Shown: in pieces, positions 1-8,670 of the stretch
Layout of the letters: every line of letters begins with the position of its first letter
How positions within the stretch are numbered: the stretch's first letter is position 1
Source of the DNA: Mycolicibacterium smegmatis
GTDB lineage: Bacteria > Actinomycetota > Actinomycetes > Mycobacteriales > Mycobacteriaceae
Assembly (NCBI RefSeq): GCF_001457595.1
Contig: NZ_LN831039.1
Span: 6,450,001-6,482,000, forward strand
DNA: 32,000 nt
Direction of reading: 5' to 3'
Program-made: the position numbers and the translations under genes
The notes under the pieces: generated by a model
Told to the model about the DNA's origin: nothing
Seen by the model: only the letters and a program-made list of their open reading frames with translations
Databases searched by the model: none

Positions 1-58
1 CGCGGCGTCCCCGAACCCCGCTTCGGCGCCTGATCACTTCACAGTCAAGGACATCGGT

Positions 59-1390
59 ATGAAAATCGGCTCACGCAGGGTCTCGCTGCGCAACACGCAC
101 AAGTACTCCTGGGTCTCGCTCGGTGTGTGCTGGCTGATCTGGGTGCTCAACGCCTACGACCGCGAGATCATCCTGCGGCTCGGCCCCACCATCTCCGAGC
201 ACTTCGACTTCAGCCCCGACACCTGGGGTGCCATCGCATCGCTCATCATGATCTCGCTCGCGGTGCTGGCCATCCCGGGTTCCACGCTCAGCGACCGGTA
301 CGGCGGCGGCTGGAAACGTGCCCGCTTCCAGGTTCCGCTCGTGATCGGTTACACCGCACTGTCTTTCGTCTCCGGACTGAAGGCCGTCAGCTCGCACGCC
401 GCGGCGTTCATCGCGCTGCGCGTCGGGGTCAACCTCGGCGCAGGCTGGGGTGAACCGGTCGGCGTCAGCAACACCGCCGAGTGGTGGCCCAAGGAGCGAC
501 GCGGCTTCGCACTGGGCGCCCACCACACCGGCTATCCGGTCGGATCGCTGCTCAGCGGCCTGGCGGCAGCCGCGGTGATAGCCGCGTTCGGCCCCGAGAA
601 CTGGTCGTATGCATTGTTCCTCGGCCTGATCGTCGCGGTGCCGCTCATGATCTTCTGGGGCCGCTACTCGACCGCGGAGCGCATCAGCACCCTCTACGAG
701 GACATCGCCGCCAAGGGACTCACCCCGCCCGAGGGTGACGAGGCACGGGCGGCCTCCGGCGGAAAGGGCCTGATCGGGGCGTGCTTCAAGATCCGCAGCA
801 TCAATCTCACCGCGCTCACGACGCTGCTCACCCAGGTCGTCTACATGGGCATCAACGTCGTGCTGCCCGCCTACCTGTACAACGTCGTCGGGTTGTCGCT
901 GGCCGAATCGGCCGGGCTGAGCGTCGTGTTCGCCTTCACCGGCGTCCTGGGGCAGATCTTGTGGCCCACGCTGTCCGACGTCATCGGCCGCAAGTCCACG
1001 ATCATGATCTGTGGCATCTGGATGGCCATCAGCGTCGCATGCTTCTACTTCGCGACGTCGTCAGTGCTCGTCGTCGTGATCCAACTGGCGTTCGGTGTGG
1101 TCGCCAACGCCGTGTGGCCCATCTACTACGCCGCAGCGTCCGACGCCGCACCCGAGGGCGCCGTGTCGACGGCCAACGGGATCATCACCACGGCGATGTT
1201 CATCGGCGGCGGCATCGCCCCGCTGCTCATGGGCAGGCTGATCGCCGTCGGCGGCGGCTGGGAGGCCCACCGCGGCTACATCATCTGCTTCTTCGTGATG
1301 TCGGCCTGCGCGCTGGCCGGCGCACTGCTCCAGATCTTCCTGCGCCGCCCGGCCATCGAGGAAGAGGAGCCCGTGCTCGCGTCTTCGTGA
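59..1390 (+). CDS. MFS-type membrane transporter (443 aa)
   Basis: ATG at 59 with AAGGA at 47-51. Multiple long hydrophobic segments. MFS loop 2-3 type motif GSTLSDRYGGGWKR. The frame has GC-rich third positions, and the other frames over this span give Arg/Pro/Gly-rich nonsense. Confidence 0.85.
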   Translation: MKIGSRRVSLRNTHKYSWVSLGVCWLIWVLNAYDREIILRLGPTISEHFDFSPDTWGAIASLIMISLAVLAIPGSTLSDRYGGGWKRARFQVPLVIGYTALSFVSGLKAVSSHAAAFIALRVGVNLGAGWGEPVGVSNTAEWWPKERRGFALGAHHTGYPVGSLLSGLAAAAVIAAFGPENWSYALFLGLIVAVPLMIFWGRYSTAERISTLYEDIAAKGLTPPEGDEARAASGGKGLIGACFKIRSINLTALTTLLTQVVYMGINVVLPAYLYNVVGLSLAESAGLSVVFAFTGVLGQILWPTLSDVIGRKSTIMICGIWMAISVACFYFATSSVLVVVIQLAFGVVANAVWPIYYAAASDAAPEGAVSTANGIITTAMFIGGGIAPLLMGRLIAVGGGWEAHRGYIICFFVMSACALAGALLQIFLRRPAIEEEEPVLASS

Positions 1391-1410
1391 CCTCTGACAT
1401 CCGGGAGCGA

Positions 1411-1725
1411 TCAGTCCGTTCCTCCGACGGAACTGTCGAGGGCTCCGCCGGCTTCGTGATCCCGTCGTTCGTAGACATCGGCGGCAGTTCGCAGCCTGTC
1501 CCTGAGGCCTGTCAGATCGGTGCGTAACCGTTCTGCCTGAGAATGAGCGATGTCCACGAACTTGGCGAAACCTGGGGTGCCGGCTTCTTTCCACGCCGTC
1601 GTCTGGCCCGAGATGCCGTCAGCCATCGCCGTACGGCTGGACGAGGCCTCATGCGCAACCACGTCCATCTGGTCGGCCGAGCGGCGCACCTCGGCCGGCG
1701 TCACGTGTAGCTCAGGGTTCGTCAC
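1411..1725 (-). CDS. Small (104 aa) EspC/DUF2580-like helical protein with C-terminal YxxxD motif; putative type VII secretion target/partner
   Basis: In-frame GTG at 1725-1723 is preceded by GGGGAGGA and overlaps the upstream gene's TGA (GTGA, 1722-1725). Sequence VTNPELHVTPAEV...LRTAADVYERRDHEAGG resembles the layout of M. tuberculosis EspC (LTVQPERL...AAKIYSEADEA), including Y-x-x-x-D (codons 1459-1473). The 193-aa ORF in the track (to 1992) would overlap the lipoprotein gene and its extension is Arg/Gly-rich junk. Confidence 0.6.
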   Translation of the reverse strand: MTNPELHVTPAEVRRSADQMDVVAHEASSSRTAMADGISGQTTAWKEAGTPGFAKFVDIAHSQAERLRTDLTGLRDRLRTAADVYERRDHEAGGALDSSVGGTD

Positions 1726-2351
1726 GATCCTCCCCTGCCCGTCGTTCTGGTGGGAACAGGTCCAGTTGTGGTCGGCAAGGGCGACGGCGCCGGTGTAGCG
1801 GTGGTGGCCGAACGGCGGCACTCGATTCTTCCGGCAATAACCGACGCTTCCGCAGTCCCGAATACAAGTGTCCGCCCGTCGTCGCTGCTGAACCGCACGT
1901 CGTGATTCCGACTGGCGTTCGCCATCACCGTGACGGTTCCCAGACCGGACTCCCTGGTCAGCCTCTCCACTACCGGGAATGCCGCTGCCCACTCGTCATC
2001 GGTGAGTGGGGCATCTGAGATGAGATTCTGTGTAGCCAGCGAAACGCCGCGGAGGCCACTTTCTTTCTGTACACATCCTGATCGAGATTCTTCACGGTTC
2101 CACCGCCAGGGTTGAGTCGCCGGTGCAAGCCGGGAAACTTCGTCACGCACCCGCTCCATCAGGTCCAACATTTCAATCCTGGAGTGCTCAATATCAGGGA
2201 GATCGGTCAAGTTGGCCACAGGTACATCCTCATTCAGAATCGGCGAGTCATATCCGCCATCGCCGTTACCACCACCGCATGCTGCGGCCACCATCAGGAC
2301 CACACACGCCATTGCGCCTCGGATCCGTCTTGACGGGATTTGATTCGTCAA
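1722..2351 (-). CDS. Putative secreted lipoprotein (209 aa)
   Basis: TTG start at 2351-2349 overlaps the hydrolase TGA (TTGA). N-terminus has a basic n-region (PSRRIRG, twin-Arg), a hydrophobic core (MACVVLMVAAA), then Cys25 followed by GGG (lipobox-like A-A-A-C, Cys codon 2277-2279). Thr/Pro-rich C-terminal tail. The next in-frame ATG (M14) would leave no charged n-region, which favours the TTG. Confidence 0.65.
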   Translation of the reverse strand: MTNQIPSRRIRGAMACVVLMVAAACGGGNGDGGYDSPILNEDVPVANLTDLPDIEHSRIEMLDLMERVRDEVSRLAPATQPWRWNREESRSGCVQKESGLRGVSLATQNLISDAPLTDDEWAAAFPVVERLTRESGLGTVTVMANASRNHDVRFSSDDGRTLVFGTAEASVIAGRIECRRSATTATPAPSPLPTTTGPVPTRTTGRGGS

Positions 2352-4171
2352 CGCACCAACCTGTCCTCTCCATTCGGGCCCGGGACATCTGCGAGCCCTG
2401 CGGCGATCACCGCCAGGTTGTACGCAGGAGTTCTCAACACCTTCTCACCGCTTGGTAGTTCGACCGGACGCGGGTAATCCGCGTGAGCAACGGCCCCCTC
2501 GCGTGATACTCCATCCGGCGTCACTGCAGCATCCGCCGACAACTGTTCCAACGGGAGCGTCAAGGGGTTGGGCCCGAACTGGCCAAGGTCCCCTGCTGAC
2601 GGCAGCGGTACGCCATTCCACGTGGGATCACCAGAAATCGGGTCGCCTGGCGCTGACATCACAAATGCACGGCCGTCGGCGAGAAACATGTCTGACTCAT
2701 CTCGGATCGGTGCCATAACCTCGATCGGCACCCCTCGCGGAGAGATGTAGGTCTCGGTCGAGTCAGTGTGGCCGAGACCAGGCGAGCCGTAGAAAGCGGC
2801 ATCGTCGACGACGCCGGTTTCGCCGAGCTCATAGAGGGCCTGGGCTGTGGTCAACGAACCATACGAATGACCGAAAGCCGACAAGTGGACGTCTGAGCCG
2901 TGTTCGTTCGTTGCGTTGATTCCACGATAGAAGTCGGCGAGATCCGGCGCAGCCTCGTTCGCTCTACGCTCGAAGCCGGCTTCCGCGACCGAAATATCGG
3001 TTCCGGGCGGCTCGTAGCCAAGCCACGCAATTGTGGCGACCTGCTCACCACTCCGTCCGGCCCGGTCGAGTTGCGTCTGAGCCTCCTGACGTAGGGCATC
3101 GGCTTCACTCACCATGCCACCCAGGCTTTCGGGCCTTGTACCGACGCCAGGTGTCGTCACGGTGACGTGTTCAGCCGTGTCCGGATTGCCTACGGCTATG
3201 GCAGCTCGCGGCTCGCGATCCTCCGGGAACTCCAGCAGCATCAGATACTTGTTCGGGTCATACTTCCCATCAACGGACAGGGCATCTTTCATCGCTTTGG
3301 CATCGTCGAGACGCCCTTGCCGCTCGAACATCATCTTGTTGTACGCGGCGTTCAACTGTGCACCGTTCCATCCTGGATGCTCCCGCCGGAACTCATCTCG
3401 GCTCGGCATCGCGTCGACGGCGGCTTGCGCCTCAGCGAGTTCCCGATCCAACGCTGCCTTGTTCACTTCACTGCGCACCGCCACGGGGACCCCATCCCGA
3501 TTTCCGATCCAGTCCGGGTGCTCGGAAATGACCTTGGCCTGTTCCTCTTCGGAAAGTGCGTTCCACCAGGCATTCACATTCTCGGGGCTTACGCCTTCAC
3601 CTTCCGGCGGGTAGGGAGCGGACAATCCTGACTGTTCGCGGCCCATCTCTTGCGCCGAAGCGAAATCGGAGGAGCCGCGCGCCGTTACGTCACCATTTTC
3701 GATGTGGCCGAACACCTCTGCACAGTCGGCATCGATGTCCTCTGCCTGATGGATCAGTGCCTTTGCGCGGGCTTCGATGTTCTCCGCGATGTGCTTCAGT
3801 TGTTCACGGTCGTCCGGCGACCCGCCGATCGTGACATCGCCGTTGTCCGCGAGGTGGAGCAACCCGCCCTGCGCGGCGACGTCTGCGCGGACGGCCTCGA
3901 GTTGGGATTGAAGCTTCGCGACTGCCGCCGCTGTTTCATCGGCGAGTTGAGCGACAGCTCCGATCACCGCCGCGTCGTCCAAGACGTTCGCCTTGGCCGT
4001 CCCGATACGCCCCCTGGCTGCGTCTGCGGCAGGAGAGTCCCAGCCCGGCAGCCTGGAGATCAACTCCAAGTCGGTCGCGACGCCCTCGATCGTCCTGAGC
4101 TCGTCACGCAACTCGAAAGCGATGGACTGCAATGCGCCCACGTTCCACGAGTCGATGTCGCTCAGTTGCAC
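2348..4171 (-). CDS. 607-aa fusion protein: N-terminal WXG-like helical hairpin plus C-terminal alpha/beta hydrolase (DUF1023/Abhydrolase_8-like)
   Basis: GTG at 4171-4169 preceded by AGGGGGA. N-terminal ~100 aa is alanine-rich helix / turn (LPGWDSPAADAA, W44 codon 4040-4042) / helix. Segment WWNALSEEEQAKVISEHPDWIGNRDGVPVAVRSEVNKAAL is followed by a hydrolase core with nucleophile elbow G-H-S-Y-G (2858-2872, Ser436 codon 2864-2866), then YGSPG and a C-terminal H-A-D-Y. This pattern is what I recall for the actinobacterial DUF1023 family. Confidence 0.8.
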   Translation of the reverse strand: MQLSDIDSWNVGALQSIAFELRDELRTIEGVATDLELISRLPGWDSPAADAARGRIGTAKANVLDDAAVIGAVAQLADETAAAVAKLQSQLEAVRADVAAQGGLLHLADNGDVTIGGSPDDREQLKHIAENIEARAKALIHQAEDIDADCAEVFGHIENGDVTARGSSDFASAQEMGREQSGLSAPYPPEGEGVSPENVNAWWNALSEEEQAKVISEHPDWIGNRDGVPVAVRSEVNKAALDRELAEAQAAVDAMPSRDEFRREHPGWNGAQLNAAYNKMMFERQGRLDDAKAMKDALSVDGKYDPNKYLMLLEFPEDREPRAAIAVGNPDTAEHVTVTTPGVGTRPESLGGMVSEADALRQEAQTQLDRAGRSGEQVATIAWLGYEPPGTDISVAEAGFERRANEAAPDLADFYRGINATNEHGSDVHLSAFGHSYGSLTTAQALYELGETGVVDDAAFYGSPGLGHTDSTETYISPRGVPIEVMAPIRDESDMFLADGRAFVMSAPGDPISGDPTWNGVPLPSAGDLGQFGPNPLTLPLEQLSADAAVTPDGVSREGAVAHADYPRPVELPSGEKVLRTPAYNLAVIAAGLADVPGPNGEDRLVR

Positions 4172-4294
4172 CCGATCCCCCTGGCATCACGTCAGGAAAT
4201 ATCTTATCCGCGCGTTTGCTGGCCCCATGCACCAAGTTCGCCGCCAGGTGAAGCTGCTCGAAACCGCGCCGAGAGGGACGAAAATGTCGTCCAC

Positions 4295-4314
4295 AAACGC
4301 TGTGAACAGCATTT
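4295..4314. promoter_or_regulatory. Imperfect palindrome AAACGCTGT-GA-ACAGCATTT in the divergent hydrolase/dprE1 intergenic region
   Basis: 9-nt arms match 8/9 with a 2-nt spacer. It ends 39 nt upstream of the dprE1 ATG (4353). No cognate regulator is identified. Confidence 0.25.
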
Positions 4315-4352
4315 ACGTCGATTTCGGCGGGTAAGACGACAGGTTGCGGGCA

Positions 4353-5759
4353 ATGGGCGCGGTACCCTCACTGACGATGTCAACGACCGAGTTTCCGACC
4401 ACCACCAAGCGCCTGATGGGCTGGGGGCGCACCGCGCCGACCGTCGCTTCGGTGCTCTCGACCAGCGACCCCGAGGTCATCGTCCGCGCTGTCACACGGG
4501 CAGCCGAAGAGGGTGGTCGTGGCGTCATCGCACGCGGGCTCGGACGCTCGTACGGGGACAACGCGCAGAACGGTGGCGGGCTGGTGATCGACATGCCCGC
4601 GCTCAACCGCATCCACTCGATCGACTCGGGCACCCGGCTGGTCGACGTCGACGCCGGGGTGAGCCTGGACCAGTTGATGAAAGCCGCGCTGCCCCACGGC
4701 TTGTGGGTTCCTGTGCTGCCCGGCACGCGCCAGGTCACGGTCGGCGGCGCGATCGGCTGCGACATCCACGGCAAGAACCACCACAGCGCAGGCAGTTTCG
4801 GCAACCACGTGCGTTCGATGGAACTGCTCACAGCCAACGGCGAGGTGCGCCACCTGACCCCCACGGGAGCGGACTCGGACCTGTTCTGGGCGACCGTCGG
4901 CGGCAACGGCCTGACCGGCATCATCCTGCGCGCCACGATCGAGATGACGCCGACGGAGACCGCGTACTTCATCGCCGACGGCGACGTCACGGGCAGCCTC
5001 GACGAGACCATCGCGTTCCACAGCGACGGCAGCGAGGCGAACTACACGTACTCGAGCGCGTGGTTCGACGCGATCAGCAAGCCGCCGAAACTCGGCCGCG
5101 CCGCGATATCGCGCGGGTCCCTGGCCAAGCTCGACCAGTTGCCACCCAAGCTGCAGAAGGATCCACTGAAATTCGATGCGCCGCAACTGCTCACGTTGCC
5201 GGACATCTTCCCGAACGGCCTGGCCAACAAGTTCACGTTCATGCCGATCGGCGAGCTGTGGTACCGCAAGTCGGGTACGTACCGCAACAAGGTGCAGAAC
5301 CTGACGCAGTTCTACCATCCGCTCGACATGTTCGGTGAGTGGAACCGCGCCTACGGTTCGGCGGGTTTCCTGCAGTACCAGTTCGTGGTCCCCACCGAGG
5401 CCGTCGACGAGTTCAAGAGCATCATCGTCGACATCCAGCGGTCCGGGCACTACTCGTTCCTCAACGTGTTCAAGCTGTTCGGCCCGGGCAACCAGGCGCC
5501 GCTGAGCTTCCCGATCCCGGGCTGGAACGTGTGCGTGGACTTCCCGATCAAGGCGGGACTTCACGAGTTCGTCACCGAACTCGACAGGCGCGTACTGGAG
5601 TTCGGTGGCAGGCTGTACACGGCGAAGGACTCGCGCACCACGGCCGAGACCTTCCACGCGATGTACCCGCGCATCGACGAGTGGATCAGGATCCGCCGCA
5701 GCGTGGACCCGGACGGCGTCTTCGCGTCCGACATGGCCAGGCGCCTGCAACTGCTCTGA
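4353..5759 (+). CDS. dprE1: Decaprenylphosphoryl-beta-D-ribose 2'-oxidase DprE1 (FAD-dependent)
   Basis: Near-colinear identity to the recalled M. tuberculosis Rv3790 sequence ([85 protein letters not shown]). The track ORF begins at TTG 4344, but the ATG at 4353 (MGAVPS...) is the likelier start. It puts the conserved Cys at position 394, as I recall for M. smegmatis. Confidence 0.96.
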   Translation: MGAVPSLTMSTTEFPTTTKRLMGWGRTAPTVASVLSTSDPEVIVRAVTRAAEEGGRGVIARGLGRSYGDNAQNGGGLVIDMPALNRIHSIDSGTRLVDVDAGVSLDQLMKAALPHGLWVPVLPGTRQVTVGGAIGCDIHGKNHHSAGSFGNHVRSMELLTANGEVRHLTPTGADSDLFWATVGGNGLTGIILRATIEMTPTETAYFIADGDVTGSLDETIAFHSDGSEANYTYSSAWFDAISKPPKLGRAAISRGSLAKLDQLPPKLQKDPLKFDAPQLLTLPDIFPNGLANKFTFMPIGELWYRKSGTYRNKVQNLTQFYHPLDMFGEWNRAYGSAGFLQYQFVVPTEAVDEFKSIIVDIQRSGHYSFLNVFKLFGPGNQAPLSFPIPGWNVCVDFPIKAGLHEFVTELDRRVLEFGGRLYTAKDSRTTAETFHAMYPRIDEWIRIRRSVDPDGVFASDMARRLQLL

Positions 5760-5785
5760 CAGGCGCGAACGCGGCGAGAACTTTA

Positions 5786-5823
5786 TTCTTGACTAATTCC
5801 AGAAAAGCAGTAGCCTTCTGGTC
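5786..5823 (+). promoter_or_regulatory. furA promoter with overlapping FurA-box-like AT-rich imperfect palindrome; leaderless transcript predicted
   Basis: TTGACT (-35, 5789-5794), 16-nt spacer, TAGCCT (-10, 5811-5816), then the GTG start codon 7-8 nt downstream (5824). A 19-nt imperfect palindrome TTCTTGACTAATTCCAGAA (5786-5804; 7 of 9 arm pairs) overlaps the -35. It closely resembles the recalled M. tuberculosis furA operator/promoter. Confidence 0.6.
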
Positions 5824-6285
5824 GTGAACCACACGACCGACTTCGAGCAGCTGCTTCGAAGTGCCGGCATGCGGGTGACCCGTCCCCGCATCGCGGTGTT
5901 GCGGGCCGTGTACGCACACCCGCACGCCGATACCGACACGGTCATCCGCGCGGTGCGCGAGGACCTGCCCGAGGTGTCGCACCAGGCGGTCTACGACTCG
6001 CTGCACGCGCTGGATGCGGCGCGCCTGGTGCGCCGCATCCAGCCGTCAGGTTCGGTGGCGCGCTACGAATCTCGCGTCGGCGACAACCATCACCACGTGG
6101 TCTGCCGGACGTGCGGCGACATCGCCGACGTGGACTGCGCGGTCGGCGATGCCCCGTGCCTGGCCGCGTCAGACCACCACGGCTACGCCATCGACGAGGC
6201 CGAGGTCATCTACTGGGGCACGTGCCCGGCGTGCGCGCAGGACCCCCACCGTGCGCAAGCACCAACTTCCCGATCACACCCGTGA
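5824..6285 (+). CDS. furA: Fur-family redox regulator FurA
   Basis: GTG start. Winged-helix N-terminus (RVTRPRIAVLRAV). HHHHVVC-RTCG and C-PAC metal-site motifs (CxxC...CxxC). Position immediately upstream of katG. Confidence 0.93.
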   Translation: MNHTTDFEQLLRSAGMRVTRPRIAVLRAVYAHPHADTDTVIRAVREDLPEVSHQAVYDSLHALDAARLVRRIQPSGSVARYESRVGDNHHHVVCRTCGDIADVDCAVGDAPCLAASDHHGYAIDEAEVIYWGTCPACAQDPHRAQAPTSRSHP

Positions 6286-8541
<2,256 letters not shown>

Positions 8542-8556
8542 CACACAACCACCTGG

Positions 8557-8590
8557 ACGCCCAGGCCGGCCTCACAGCCGGCCTGGGCGT
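8557..8590 (+). terminator. Intrinsic-type terminator hairpin after katG
   Basis: Perfect 14-bp GC-rich inverted repeat ACGCCCAGGCCGGC / GCCGGCCTGGGCGT with a 6-nt loop (CTCACA), 16 nt after the katG stop. It is extendable by G-U/G-C pairs and has only a weak U tail, which is common in mycobacteria. Confidence 0.65.
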
Positions 8591-8670
8591 TCGGTCTCGA
8601 GCGCAAGGACCGCACTTTGCGCCGCACGGTACCCTCGTCACGATGTCCCCGAGGCTTGGAGCTGCAGTAG

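Noticed and set aside
1-33. Possible last 10 codons (RGVPEPRFGA, then stop) of an upstream plus-strand gene ending at TGA 31-33.
   Set aside because: It is too short to support any call. It is only an open frame reaching the window edge.
1726-1992. N-terminal 89 codons of the 193-aa track ORF (1411-1992, minus strand).
   Set aside because: It overlaps the 3' third of the lipoprotein gene in another frame and encodes low-complexity Arg/Gly-rich sequence. An internal GTG with a strong SD and a GTGA overlap gives a coherent EspC-like 104-aa protein instead.
1391-4352. Interpretation of the lower-GC three-gene segment as a mobile element, prophage remnant or genomic island with defined ends.
   Set aside because: No integrase, transposase, tRNA attachment site, or terminal inverted or direct repeats were found by eye. 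Only the compositional shift and the synteny argument remain, and these are reported as a finding.
3650-5338. 562-aa plus-strand ORF spanning the hydrolase 5' end, the intergenic region and most of dprE1.
   Set aside because: It crosses a clear divergent intergenic region, is out of frame with dprE1, and its translation is Arg/Pro-rich nonsense.
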